A stretch of 64,000 nt of DNA from NCBI GenBank assembly GCA_910577205.1, contig CAJTMA010000008.1, forward strand, positions 2,575 through 66,574, given 5' to 3'. A model generated the notes under the pieces. It did not search any database. It saw only the letters and a list, made by a program, of their open reading frames with translations, and was not told the origin of the DNA. This document shows, piece after piece, positions 28,332 to 38,534 of the stretch. Numbering within the stretch: the stretch's first letter is position 1; each line of letters opens with the position of its first letter. The position numbers were made by a program, and so were the translations under genes. Source of the stretch: an uncultured Alphaproteobacteria bacterium (lineage in GTDB: Bacteria > Pseudomonadota > Alphaproteobacteria > RF32 > CAG-239).

Positions 28332-29840
28332 TCAATATTTTACTTGTTCAACAATAACTTTATTACCTAACGCACAAGTATAAACAACACCAAAGTCTGT
28401 TATTTCATAATCAACATAATTATCCGCAGGTGCAAATTTCAAACTATAATAACCATTATCAAATTCTTTAAGCACATCTGTATAACCGTCAGCATTATTA
28501 ATAATAACACATTTCCATATCGGAAAATGGTCAACCATTGTCACAACATTATTTCCGCGCCCCGGACTGATAGTATCGTTACCTTGATAGGAATAAATTT
28601 CATCATCTCCGCTTCCCCCTTCAACACGCGTTTCCGTAGGGCCGCAATGAACTTCATTATTACCGCCAGTACAATAAATGTCAACTGAACGTGCCGGAGG
28701 ATAAGAACCGCTGGCATATATGACATCATCCAGTTCTGTTCCTACAACAACTTTTTTAGCCGTCGTCCCGGTCGGCATTCCGTCTGTTTCGGCAATCCCC
28801 AATTCAGTATAAAGATTCCAAGAGGAAAAAAGATTAGAATAATTTCTCTCCCTATCATTCCCTTTAATTTTCAAAAACTTCCGAACAGCTTCGGTAAAAT
28901 GGGTTTGCATACACCGATAACATTTTTCCTTATAACCGGGAATATTTAAAAGTTTATCTTTCATTCCCTGCCAGCGGGCATTCATAAATGCCACAACCAA
29001 ATTAACATTATCAAAATCATCCGTAACCGGTAAAGAGCAATGAGCATTTTCAGGAGTAGGCAAACTGTTCAAGATTTCCCCCATAAAAGCACAAGCTTCC
29101 ATAAAACGGCGATTTTGTATTCCTTTACTGATATTTCCTGCTTCTGCATTACAATTATACAAAACCTGATACCATGCTTCCATTTTGCCAATAAGTTTAG
29201 ATGTTTCATCACCATCACTGGTATATAAACGCAAAGCATTTTTCATCTTCGGTCCGATATAAGCCTTAGAACCGACCGGAGAATTATAGTTCAAGGAATA
29301 TAATGCCAAACGTTCATTCTTTGTCAAATTATTCCATACAGAAATTTCCGTATTAAAAACATCCTTAACACCGACGATACCATAACCATCATCCACCCCA
29401 CCTAAATAAGCCGCATAAGCCACTTGCTCAAAGGCACGGATATTTGCACCTTCCCAATCTTCTTGATCTTTCAACTTTAATCTGGCTTCATCTTCCGGAT
29501 AATCTGAATTTTCCCCAAAAGGTTCGCCAGCTCGATGAGACAGCAGATATTTCAGTTCAGCCAAAATAGTGCTTTCCCCTTTAATATCCCACTTTCCATC
29601 AACATATTCATAATGTTTTACTTCAGAACTCCAAGTTTTTTTAGTACCTTGATAAAAGCTATTGATATAGTCTTGCAAAAATTTATCATTTTTGTCATCC
29701 AAACGCACACCAATCCCATGGGTAGGATATCCACCATTCTTGTCATCATAATAAATACCATTTCTATCACCTTCCGACTTAAACAAAAAATCTTTTACTT
29801 CTGTTGCCGTCGGATCAATTTTAGTCGCAGTCTCAGTCAT
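28332..29840 (-). CDS. Lysozyme-like (GH24-type motif) protein with C-terminal RTX-like glycine/aspartate repeats; effector candidate
   Basis: 502 aa with no signal peptide. The N-terminus has KSEGDRNGIYYDDKNGGYPTHGIGV (E...Y.D..G..T.G.G), LTKNERLALYSLNYN and IQNRRFMEACAF. The C-terminus has GGSGDDEIYSYQGNDTISPGRGNNVV. Confidence 0.6.
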   Translation of the reverse strand: MTETATKIDPTATEVKDFLFKSEGDRNGIYYDDKNGGYPTHGIGVRLDDKNDKFLQDYINSFYQGTKKTWSSEVKHYEYVDGKWDIKGESTILAELKYLLSHRAGEPFGENSDYPEDEARLKLKDQEDWEGANIRAFEQVAYAAYLGGVDDGYGIVGVKDVFNTEISVWNNLTKNERLALYSLNYNSPVGSKAYIGPKMKNALRLYTSDGDETSKLIGKMEAWYQVLYNCNAEAGNISKGIQNRRFMEACAFMGEILNSLPTPENAHCSLPVTDDFDNVNLVVAFMNARWQGMKDKLLNIPGYKEKCYRCMQTHFTEAVRKFLKIKGNDRERNYSNLFSSWNLYTELGIAETDGMPTGTTAKKVVVGTELDDVIYASGSYPPARSVDIYCTGGNNEVHCGPTETRVEGGSGDDEIYSYQGNDTISPGRGNNVVTMVDHFPIWKCVIINNADGYTDVLKEFDNGYYSLKFAPADNYVDYEITDFGVVYTCALGNKVIVEQVKY

Positions 29841-29876
29841 TGACTTTTTCTCCTTAAAAGTTAATTGTTAGTTAGA

Positions 29877-30905
29877 TTAATAAGATAATAATTTGTTAAT
29901 TTTTTCATTCAAAGGCTTAGCTTTTTCTTCTTGTTTCAAAAACATCAACCTATGAGCCAGAGCGTCCTTACCATAATTATCTTTGAGATGAATATCTGTT
30001 CCGCAATCAATGAACATTTGCACTAATTCCAACGTTAATTCCGTACTTTCCCGTCCCTCTACCGAACTAGATAAAAAGTACATCAGTGCCGTATAACCTT
30101 GCGTATCTTGAACATTCGGATCAATTCCTTTTGCACAGAGAAAAGGCATCATCTCCGACAAATATTTTGCATTAGTCGAAAACAATAAAGAGCGATGTAA
30201 CAAAGGATCAACGTAATTAACCGCTTCCGGTTTCATCTCAATAATTTTTTTCAGAACATTCCTAGGAGTCATCAACACATATGCCCCTCCATAACACTTT
30301 TTATTGGACACATATTCAGTAACATTTGCCCCTTTGCTTAAAACATAATCAAAAACTTCCTTCTTCCGCATTTGATCAAAATTTCTGTCTCCCATATATG
30401 CCGGACAATCATCAACAGCTATTTCTCCGTTAATATCGGCTCCGTCTTTTATTGCCTTATCTGCCAATTTAAAATCACAAATATTTCGGCTATAATCTAT
30501 TATTCCCGTTTCTGCATCTCTTACAAACTTACAAGCAGTGTCGAGGTAAAAACTTAACTGGCGATTTTTTACCCACTGAATCCCGTAGAGATAAATAGAT
30601 TTCAGACAGTCTTTTTTATTTTTAGTTTTCGGATCGCACTCAAATTTATCACGCTTATCTACCCATCTCTTCCATACTTTTCTTGCCGGTGTATAGCCTC
30701 CATCTAAAACAAAAGCCTGATAGCGTTTGATTTTCGTATAACGTTCAGCCAGTTCATTATCCAGTTTGGCTAAATCATCATCGGCACAAACCAGTTTCTC
30801 CGCTTCTGTCTGCACATTAGCGCAATCAAAACTCGGTTTAACCGCAGCCATAATTTCTGCCGAATAAAAAACGCCTGACAAAACAAGCAATAAAAACTTA
30901 AACAT
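29877..30905 (-). CDS. Secreted DUF1311 (LprI lysozyme-inhibitor-like) plus ankyrin-repeat protein; immunity candidate
   Basis: 342 aa. The signal peptide is MFKFLLLVLSGVFYSAEIMA. FDCANVQTEAEKLVCADDDLAKLDNELAERY...WKRWVDKRDKFEC matches the DUF1311 logic. The C-terminal half has ANK-like repeats (GYTALMYFL..FIDCGTDIHLKDNYGKDALAH). Confidence 0.6.
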   Translation of the reverse strand: MFKFLLLVLSGVFYSAEIMAAVKPSFDCANVQTEAEKLVCADDDLAKLDNELAERYTKIKRYQAFVLDGGYTPARKVWKRWVDKRDKFECDPKTKNKKDCLKSIYLYGIQWVKNRQLSFYLDTACKFVRDAETGIIDYSRNICDFKLADKAIKDGADINGEIAVDDCPAYMGDRNFDQMRKKEVFDYVLSKGANVTEYVSNKKCYGGAYVLMTPRNVLKKIIEMKPEAVNYVDPLLHRSLLFSTNAKYLSEMMPFLCAKGIDPNVQDTQGYTALMYFLSSSVEGRESTELTLELVQMFIDCGTDIHLKDNYGKDALAHRLMFLKQEEKAKPLNEKINKLLSY

Positions 30906-31064
30906 TGGTATATTCCCCTCTCAGTTGTTGAATACACTTAATCTCTATCACAAAATTTCAAATTTTGCAATTCAAAACTATCGCCAAAAGAAAATAAAGC
31001 AGAGAAACACACCTTAAAGTTAGAGGAACAAAGTCTTTAAGTGGAATTTATTCCTGTGTATAAC

Positions 31065-31583
31065 TTACAATCTCAACACCAGTCCCAGCAATGCTCCCAG
31101 GCAGATGTAAACTATCGGATGCCATTTGATAAAATGTATTGCCGCCAGAAAAGCCACACCGATAAGCGCATTTTCCCAAGACGTCAGTGCTAATTTACCA
31201 ATAACAATTCCCGCAAACAAAATCAGAGCCAATACTGCAGGACGCACGCCGCCTAACACATCCTGAACACAAGCTGATTGCCCAAATTTCCGCAGCAATT
31301 TAGCAATGATGACGATAATAATTACTGATGGCGACACCAAACCGATAGTTGCAGCCAAAGCGCCCCAAAATCCGGCAGTACTATAACCGACATAGGTCGC
31401 CATATTAACCCCCAAAGGCCCGGGAGTTGATTCCGAAACGGCAATCATATCCGCCAAATCCTGCGCTGTGAACCAATCATAACGAACCGTCAAATCAAAA
31501 AGGAAAGGAACTGTCACCAGTCCACCGCCAATAGCAAACAAACCGATTTTGAAAAATTCAAAAAACAACAATGCATAAATCAT
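31065..31583 (-). CDS. chrA: Chromate transporter family (CHR) half-size protein
   Basis: 172 aa. FFKIGLFAIGGGLVTVPF is the CHR signature. It overlaps its partner by 4 nt. Confidence 0.8.
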   Translation of the reverse strand: MIYALLFFEFFKIGLFAIGGGLVTVPFLFDLTVRYDWFTAQDLADMIAVSESTPGPLGVNMATYVGYSTAGFWGALAATIGLVSPSVIIIVIIAKLLRKFGQSACVQDVLGGVRPAVLALILFAGIVIGKLALTSWENALIGVAFLAAIHFIKWHPIVYICLGALLGLVLRL

Positions 31584-32119
31584 TTACGGCTCCTGACATA
31601 ATTCAACACCAATCCGGCAGTGGCCGCCAAAATCACCAGCAATACCGGCGAAGCATTTACACCCAACAACAATCCGAGAGAAATAATAAAAACGCCCCAG
31701 CCCCATTTATTGGTTATTGCCTTTTTCCATAACCCCAGTACAGCCTCGGCAATCAACGCCACCACCACAATTCGTATTCCCGCAAAAGCATGGGAAACAT
31801 AAGGATTATCCATATACAGATTCAGAATATGCGCCAAAGACATAATGATAACCAGCGATGGCGCAATGATTCCCGCCGTTGCCACCACCGCCCCCGTTGT
31901 GCGGCCTTTTTTATAGCCGATAAACGTTGCGACATTGACCGAAATAATCCCCGGCGTTGATTGCCCGATGCAATAATAATCCATCAGTTCTTCATCAGTC
32001 ACCCACTTCTTTTTGTTTGCCAATTCAGCTTGCAATAAAGGAATCATCGCATAACCGCCCCCAAAGGTAAACAGCCCGATTTTGAAAAAAGTGATAAACA
32101 ATTCCGCTAATATTTTCAT
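31580..32119 (-). CDS. chrA: Chromate transporter family (CHR) half-size protein
   Basis: The start is set at ATG 32119 (MKILAELFITFFKIGLFTFGGGYAMIPL). Confidence 0.8.
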   Translation of the reverse strand: MKILAELFITFFKIGLFTFGGGYAMIPLLQAELANKKKWVTDEELMDYYCIGQSTPGIISVNVATFIGYKKGRTTGAVVATAGIIAPSLVIIMSLAHILNLYMDNPYVSHAFAGIRIVVVALIAEAVLGLWKKAITNKWGWGVFIISLGLLLGVNASPVLLVILAATAGLVLNYVRSRK

Positions 32120-32207
32120 ATTCTCAAAAATTCCGTTGTTAAAACACCTCAAACTTACTATATTATCTTTATCTTAAAAACTTTAAATTTCATATAAAGG
32201 ATAAATT

Positions 32208-33335
32208 ATGCTTATCGCCGTCCCCAAAGAGATAAAAAACGGAGAAACCAGAGTCGCCGTCACCCCTGACATCGTAAAAAAATATAAATATATGGGGATT
32301 GAAGTCAGCGTGCAAAGCGGTGCGGGCGAAGCGTCCGGCTTTAGCGACAAGGATTACCGGGAAGCCGGTGCAGACATCAAACAGACAGCCGAAGACACCT
32401 ATAAAAAAGCCACAGCCATTTTCAAAATCTGGGCACCGGAACCGTCTGAAGAACCATACTTAACCCCTGGTCAGGCCGTTTTTGCCAATTTCCAAGCCCT
32501 GACAAACCGCGGACGAATTGAAACTTTTGCCCACTTGGGCTTAACCTGTTTTGCCCTTGAGCTTATGCCGCGTATTTCCCGGGCACAAAGCATGGACATC
32601 TTGTCCTCCCAAAGCAATCTGGCTGGCTATAAAGCCGTTATTGAAGCTGTCAGCCACTTGTCATCAGCCGTGCCGATGATGATGACAGCCGCAGGAACGG
32701 TAGCTCCGGCTAAAGCGCTTATTCTCGGCGCAGGCGTTGCCGGATTGCAAGCTATTGCCACAGCCAAACGTCTGGGAGCCATAGTCTACGCTTCTGATGT
32801 CCGTCCGCAGGTCAAAGAACAAGTGGAATCACTGGGCGGCAAATTTCTGGAAGTCAAGTCTGATGAAAATTTTGAAACAGCCGGAGGCTATGCCAAAGAA
32901 ACCTCTGCCGACTATAAACAAAAGCAGCAGGAAGCCGTTGCCCGGCAACTGACCCAAACAAACTTTGCCGTCACCACCGCGCTTATTCCCGGTCTTCCTG
33001 CGCCGCGGCTGATTACCAAAGCCATGCTGTCAGAAATGCCGGCTGGTTCTGTCATCATTGATATGGCCTCTTCCACCGGCGGTAATGTTGAAGGGACAGA
33101 AGATGATAAAACAGTTATTGTCAATGGCGTAACAATTATCGGAAACTCCAATCTGGCAGCCGCCTTACCCGCTTCCGCCAGTCCCCTGTTTGCCAAAAAT
33201 ATTTTTAACTTTATTGAAACGATGTATGATAAAGAAAATAAAAAACTCAACTATAACTTTGAAGATGAACTAATTAAAGGAACTTGCCTGTGCTTTGACG
33301 GCAAAATCGTTCACCCCTCTTTCTTAGGAGTATAA
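32208..33335 (+). CDS. pntAA: NAD(P) transhydrogenase alpha subunit, part 1 (dI)
   Basis: 375 aa. It is alanine-dehydrogenase/PNT-like, with ILGAGVAGLQAIATAKRLGA as the NAD fold. Confidence 0.92.
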   Translation: MLIAVPKEIKNGETRVAVTPDIVKKYKYMGIEVSVQSGAGEASGFSDKDYREAGADIKQTAEDTYKKATAIFKIWAPEPSEEPYLTPGQAVFANFQALTNRGRIETFAHLGLTCFALELMPRISRAQSMDILSSQSNLAGYKAVIEAVSHLSSAVPMMMTAAGTVAPAKALILGAGVAGLQAIATAKRLGAIVYASDVRPQVKEQVESLGGKFLEVKSDENFETAGGYAKETSADYKQKQQEAVARQLTQTNFAVTTALIPGLPAPRLITKAMLSEMPAGSVIIDMASSTGGNVEGTEDDKTVIVNGVTIIGNSNLAAALPASASPLFAKNIFNFIETMYDKENKKLNYNFEDELIKGTCLCFDGKIVHPSFLGV

Positions 33336-33336
33336 T

Positions 33337-33633
33337 ATGGATATTTGGACACTGCTGACTATTCTCATGCTGGCTTGTTTTGTTGGCTATTTTGTTGTCT
33401 GGGGCGTCACGCCGGCACTGCATTCCCCATTGATGAGCGTTTCTAACGCCATCTCCGGCATTGTCATTCTCGGCGCATTGACTACCGCCGGCATAAGCGA
33501 AATGAATTCCTCAAAAATCATGGGGCTGATTGCCGTCTTTCTGGCTGCGGTAAACATCTTTGGCGGATTTGCAGTATCACACCGTATGCTGCTGATGTTT
33601 CGCAAGAAAAACATCAAAAAGGAGAGCAAATAA
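33337..33633 (+). CDS. pntAB: NAD(P) transhydrogenase alpha subunit, part 2 (membrane)
   Basis: 98 aa with 3 TM segments. It sits between pntAA and pntB as in Rhodospirillum-type split enzymes. Confidence 0.9.
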   Translation: MDIWTLLTILMLACFVGYFVVWGVTPALHSPLMSVSNAISGIVILGALTTAGISEMNSSKIMGLIAVFLAAVNIFGGFAVSHRMLLMFRKKNIKKESK

Positions 33634-34997
33634 TGAGTCACACCTGCTTGTCTTTTATTTACCTACTCTCGGCAATTTTGTTTATTTTTTCGATACGCGG
33701 TTTGGCTTCTCCGGAAACGGCACGGCGCGGTAATCTTCTCGGAATGATTGGTATGGCCGCTGCAATCGCCGTCACCGTATATTCTCCTCTGGTAACGGAG
33801 TATGCGTGGATTCTTGCTGCTTTTTTATGCGGCGGGCTGATTGGCACTTGGAGCACCTTAAAAGTCAAAATGACCTCTCTGCCGCAGATGATTGCCGCTT
33901 TTAACGGTTTAGGCGGCTTGTCTTCAGTCTTCATCGCTGCCGCAGAAATTCTGGCCGGGACGCCAACCTATTTGGAAACATCGCTGGGAATGCTGATTGG
34001 CGCGGTTGCTTTCTCCGGTTCGGTTATTGCTTTTGCCAAACTTCAAGGCCTGATGCCGGCACGCGCATTGGTTTTTCCCGGACAGCAGTTGTTAAACCTG
34101 CTTTTCGGCCTTTCCGTTATTATCACTTGCGTCTGGTTCATCACGACCGGTGACCGAAACCTGTTTTACATATTGGCCGCCTTATCAATCCTGCTCGGCT
34201 TTTTACTGATTTTGCCAATTGGCGGCGCAGATATGCCGGTCGTCATTTCCGTTCTTAATGCTTATTCCGGATGGGCTGCCGTTGGCATTGGCTTCTCCTT
34301 AAACAACGTCTTGCTAATTATTGTCGGCTCGATTGTGGGTGCCAGCGGGGCGATTCTTTCATACATTATGGTCAAAGCCATGAACCGCTCATTGCTAAAC
34401 GTTATGCTCGGCGGTTTCGGAGCAGATAACAAAAACACGCAAAATGAATCTGACGGCTTGAAACGCACGGCTAAAACCGGCAACCCCGAAGATGCGGCTT
34501 TTATCATGGAAAATGCCAATAAAGTCATCATTGTTCCCGGATACGGCATGGCTGTCGCCCAAGCCCAGCATATCTTAAAGGAAATGGCTTCCGACTTAGT
34601 AACCAAATATGGCGTAGAAGTCAAATTCGCCATTCACCCGGTTGCCGGACGAATGCCCGGGCATATGAATGTTTTGCTGGCCGAAGCCAATGTGCCTTAT
34701 GACGATGTGTTTGAATTGGAAGACATCAACCGCGAATTTGCCACTGCTGATGTCGCATACGTTATCGGCGCTAACGATGTCACTAATCCGCAGGCCAAAA
34801 CCAACCCTGCTTCGCCGATTTACGGTATGCCGATATTAGATGTTGAAAAAGCCAAGACCGTTTTCTTTGTCAAACGCTCGCTGGCAACCGGCTATTCCGG
34901 CGTAGAAAATCCGCTGTTTTACGCAGACAATACCATCATGTTGTATGGCGATGCCAAAAAAGTCACCGAAGAAATTGTCCGCGCTTTGGAAAAATAG
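33633..34997 (+). CDS. pntB: NAD(P) transhydrogenase beta subunit
   Basis: 454 aa. A membrane domain is followed by dIII (IVPGYGMAVAQAQH, HPVAGRMPGHMNVLLAEA). Confidence 0.95.
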   Translation: MSHTCLSFIYLLSAILFIFSIRGLASPETARRGNLLGMIGMAAAIAVTVYSPLVTEYAWILAAFLCGGLIGTWSTLKVKMTSLPQMIAAFNGLGGLSSVFIAAAEILAGTPTYLETSLGMLIGAVAFSGSVIAFAKLQGLMPARALVFPGQQLLNLLFGLSVIITCVWFITTGDRNLFYILAALSILLGFLLILPIGGADMPVVISVLNAYSGWAAVGIGFSLNNVLLIIVGSIVGASGAILSYIMVKAMNRSLLNVMLGGFGADNKNTQNESDGLKRTAKTGNPEDAAFIMENANKVIIVPGYGMAVAQAQHILKEMASDLVTKYGVEVKFAIHPVAGRMPGHMNVLLAEANVPYDDVFELEDINREFATADVAYVIGANDVTNPQAKTNPASPIYGMPILDVEKAKTVFFVKRSLATGYSGVENPLFYADNTIMLYGDAKKVTEEIVRALEK

Positions 34998-35026
34998 AAA
35001 AAGCCCGGAATATTCCGGGCTTTTTT
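34998..35026. terminator. Bidirectional intrinsic terminator
   Basis: AAGCCCGGAATATTCCGGGCTT is a perfect 22-nt palindrome flanked by AAAA and TTTT. It overlaps the stop of the convergent gene. Confidence 0.8.
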
Positions 35027-35582
35027 ACAACATCAACAGCAAAGCCATGCCTAACACCGTATAGAGCAGCACGCCGCTCAAATACATTCGTGCCACTCTG
35101 AAATCTGCACCGGAAGGAATAGCATTTTCAATTATAATCGTCTGCAGCAACACATATAAAACATAATTAAAAAATGTCGGGCGCATAAGCGGCAGACCAT
35201 ACCGATTCAAATAAAAAGCTATCGGCAGCAACAACAGCGGCGCCATCGCCGACGGCACGGCGTTGTAAAAGGTAATATTGCTGAACCCCACGCTTCCCAT
35301 GACATAATCGCCTTCGGGACTGCGCTGCGGAAATATCGTAAAATTCACCGGCCGCGCATTAAAAAACGATCCGACCAGATAATGCATCAATTCATGTAAA
35401 AAAGTTCCGGGAATATTGACTAAGGCACTCATCCACATACTGCGGTAAGTCGTATATTTAAATCTCATCAGCACAATCACCAGTAAAATCAAATAAAAGC
35501 GGTTGTCAAAAAAACTCCGTAAAAAAACCGGACTGTTCACATAAGCGCTGACCTTAAAAAAAACCTGCCATAAGATTTCCAT
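35025..35582 (-). CDS. Membrane HExxH protein (M50B-like putative metallopeptidase)
   Basis: 185 aa, multi-pass. FLHELMHYLVG is followed by a Gly-rich loop. The family call is from memory. Confidence 0.45.
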   Translation of the reverse strand: MEILWQVFFKVSAYVNSPVFLRSFFDNRFYLILLVIVLMRFKYTTYRSMWMSALVNIPGTFLHELMHYLVGSFFNARPVNFTIFPQRSPEGDYVMGSVGFSNITFYNAVPSAMAPLLLLPIAFYLNRYGLPLMRPTFFNYVLYVLLQTIIIENAIPSGADFRVARMYLSGVLLYTVLGMALLLML

Positions 35583-35591
35583 ATCCCCTCC

Positions 35592-36185
35592 TCACTTCAA
35601 AACCGTCAAGCCGGCCATATAAGTATTCAGCAATAATTTACACAAGCTTTTCTTATTAATTTTGCTGAAATTATCAAGAGCATTGGTCGTCAGAAAAGAA
35701 CTCATGGAAAACAATGTCAGCCACAACACTTGCCGCGCCAGCTGCCGCTCTTTGACCGCCAAGGTAGCATAAACTTTATCAAACGCCGGCTCCCAAATTT
35801 TTGTTACAGAAATCAGCTTGCGCAAATAAAGTTTCGGCAGTTTGCCATATTCTGCGTGCAAATGAAAATTATATAACAAAAACCACAAATTGCGGTTAGC
35901 CAGCACAAAAGCGACAAAAGCATCCAAATAACGGTTTAACATCTGATACGAACTTTCGCCTTTCGGCGTGCGCATCATAAAGCGGATAAGTTCATCCAGT
36001 GTCTGCTTGTTCTGTTCCAGCACAAAATTATCCATTGTGCCAAACTGGTTGTAAATCGTCCCGACCGAATAGCCTGAAGCTTCTGCCAGCTTACGCGCCG
36101 TCAGGTAGTCAGCACCTTTGTCCTGCACCAGCTGCCGCCCTCTGGCGACTAAAATTTTACGGATATTGTCTTTTGTATTTGTCAT
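35592..36185 (-). CDS. TetR/AcrR-family transcriptional regulator
   Basis: 197 aa. The N-terminal HTH is LTARKLAEASGYSVGTIYNQF. Confidence 0.8.
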   Translation of the reverse strand: MTNTKDNIRKILVARGRQLVQDKGADYLTARKLAEASGYSVGTIYNQFGTMDNFVLEQNKQTLDELIRFMMRTPKGESSYQMLNRYLDAFVAFVLANRNLWFLLYNFHLHAEYGKLPKLYLRKLISVTKIWEPAFDKVYATLAVKERQLARQVLWLTLFSMSSFLTTNALDNFSKINKKSLCKLLLNTYMAGLTVLK

Positions 36186-36279
36186 CTTATATTAACTTAA
36201 TATTTGGAATTTAAAACTATACTAAATCAAAGATGAACACTGTTCAATTTTTTTCTGACAAATTAACAAGGACAACGCT

Positions 36280-37149
36280 ATGAAAAAAGGATTATGGGCT
36301 ATCGGATTGTTTGCTTTGGCTGCCATTTTCCGCTTTACCGCATCTTCGGCACAAACCAGCGACAATTTTTACGATTCTCTGCTGATTTCTGATGAGATTA
36401 AAACCGAAGAAAACGCCGAACAGGCCAAACAAAATGCTGGACGTCTACTCAACAGCAAACCGACAGAGATTAAAATCGATTCGCCATTATTGCGTTCCCA
36501 CCAGAAAAAGCTTCAAAAAATCCAAAAATCTCAAAAATTAAAATCCCAAAACAAGGTTCTTAAAACCCCCGAACCTGCTCCCTTTGGCCTGAACTGGGGC
36601 GCAACTTATGACGAAGTGCAAAAAGACGGCGTAACCCTCACGCCCACCGGTCAGAAAGACTATGTAAATAACTTCACAGCCACTCACCTGCCTAAAAGGG
36701 TCAGCACTTTTCGCGAAATAATCCTCACTTTCGGCATAGAAAACGAACTGTGGCGGATAATTGCTTACGGCAACTTCATTGATGATACGCCTTCTGCAGA
36801 AAAAGTGCTTGAAATTTATAACCGCTACTATCATCTGCTCGAACAAAAATACGGCAATGCCCAACAATTTTACACCCCTAAAGTCATCAATGTTGACCGA
36901 GTCACAGATTTGGGTAACAGCAAAACCAAAACCGAAAGCATTCCTCAGGAACAGGTTATCGGCAACCCTGACTTTTTGCAGGAACTCCAAAACGGCGAAG
37001 CTTTCCTTTATGCCACTTTTGAAAACGGCAAAGTCGGCGCGGCATTAAGCGTCAGTGTGGATGGCCGCGGACAAAGTTACATTACCATTGAATATAAAAA
37101 TCTCACTATTATGCAGGCTCGGGAAAAATCAACCCTCGACGCTCTTTAA
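36280..37149 (+). CDS. Secreted hypothetical protein
   Basis: 289 aa. It has the signal peptide MKKGLWAIGLFALAAIFRFTASSA and a K/Q-rich stretch. I recognise no motif. Confidence 0.55.
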   Translation: MKKGLWAIGLFALAAIFRFTASSAQTSDNFYDSLLISDEIKTEENAEQAKQNAGRLLNSKPTEIKIDSPLLRSHQKKLQKIQKSQKLKSQNKVLKTPEPAPFGLNWGATYDEVQKDGVTLTPTGQKDYVNNFTATHLPKRVSTFREIILTFGIENELWRIIAYGNFIDDTPSAEKVLEIYNRYYHLLEQKYGNAQQFYTPKVINVDRVTDLGNSKTKTESIPQEQVIGNPDFLQELQNGEAFLYATFENGKVGAALSVSVDGRGQSYITIEYKNLTIMQAREKSTLDAL

Positions 37150-37166
37150 CTTAGAAAGGACTATCT

Positions 37167-38534
37167 ATGGCTAAAACCAGCTTTTGCGGCATCTCCGGCA
37201 GCGGCATGAGCGCCCTTGCGCAAATTCTTAAACATCAGGGGCACGAAGTCCGCGGTTCTGACCGCAGCTTCGATCAGGGCAAAGACCAAGCCAACCGCAA
37301 TGCCCTTGAAGCTATGGGAATTAAAATTTATCCGCAAGACGGATCAGCCATAACCGATGATCTGGACACCCTATATGTTTCCAGCGCCGTGGAAGACAGC
37401 ATTCCTGATATAAAAGCGGCTTTAAGCAAAAATATTCCCGTCAAAAAGCGTTCTGACTTGCTGGCCGAGATTTTTCATCAATACCCGCATAACATTGCCG
37501 TCGGCGGCACAAGCGGCAAAACCACAGTCACCGCAATGATAGGCTACATCCTTGATAAACTCGGGTATAAACCAACAATGATTAACGGCGGGCTGCTGCT
37601 TAATTATGCTGATATGCCGGGCATTCCCAACATCATCTGCAACAACGGGGATACCTGCGTGATTGAAGCGGATGAAAGCGACGGCTCAATTGAAAAATAT
37701 TCCCCTTACATCGCCGTTATCAACAACATATCTATTGACCACAAACCGATTCCCGAATTGCAAAAATTATTTGGAGATTTTGCATCCCGCGCCAAACACG
37801 GAGTTGTCGTCAATGCCGACTGCACGGCTTGTGCCAACATTAAAAATCCACAAAAACCGAACTTGTCTTTTTCCATCATCAACCCCAATGCCGATTTTTA
37901 TGCAATGAATATCACCCCTCTGCCCCATGGCGTAAAATATACGTTAGACGGTAAAGATTTCACACTCAAACTTATCGGGCAATTTAACGTTTCTAACGCT
38001 CTGGCCGCAATCGCCGCCTGCTCCCTGCTGGGAATTGATAAATTCGATGCCGCTCAGGCGTTGGAGGGCTTCTTAGGCACACACCGCCGATTAGAAGTTG
38101 TCGGTGTCCGCAACAACATATCCGTGATTGATGATTTCGCCCATAATCCCGATAAAGTCAAAGCTTCCGTTTCTGCTCTCCGCGACTATCCCGGACGCCT
38201 AATCATGATGTTTCAGCCTCACGGCTTTACGCCGATGCGCATGATGGGCCGGCAGATTATTGACGAATTTACCGCGCAAATGAATAATGACGATCTCCTT
38301 CTGCTGCCGGAAATATATTTTGCCGGCGGTTCAGTCACCCGCGACATATCCTCGCAGGATTTGGTCAATTATGCCAAAGAAAAGGGCAAACAGGCTTTAT
38401 TCTTTGCAACCAGAGAAGACTGCGGCCAATTCATTATCGCCAATGCCCGTCCGCAAGACCGCATTGTTATTATGGGCGCGCGCGATAACACACTGCCCGA
38501 ATTTTGCAAAACCATTTTGAAAGAGATAAAATAA
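37167..38534 (+). CDS. Mur ligase family protein (MurC/Mpl-like, probably a murein-peptide recycling ligase)
   Basis: 455 aa with GISGSGMSALAQIL, GGTSGKTT, EADESDGS and DDFAHNP. It lies outside any dcw context and is coupled to ldcA by a TAATG overlap. Confidence 0.7.
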   Translation: MAKTSFCGISGSGMSALAQILKHQGHEVRGSDRSFDQGKDQANRNALEAMGIKIYPQDGSAITDDLDTLYVSSAVEDSIPDIKAALSKNIPVKKRSDLLAEIFHQYPHNIAVGGTSGKTTVTAMIGYILDKLGYKPTMINGGLLLNYADMPGIPNIICNNGDTCVIEADESDGSIEKYSPYIAVINNISIDHKPIPELQKLFGDFASRAKHGVVVNADCTACANIKNPQKPNLSFSIINPNADFYAMNITPLPHGVKYTLDGKDFTLKLIGQFNVSNALAAIAACSLLGIDKFDAAQALEGFLGTHRRLEVVGVRNNISVIDDFAHNPDKVKASVSALRDYPGRLIMMFQPHGFTPMRMMGRQIIDEFTAQMNNDDLLLLPEIYFAGGSVTRDISSQDLVNYAKEKGKQALFFATREDCGQFIIANARPQDRIVIMGARDNTLPEFCKTILKEIK

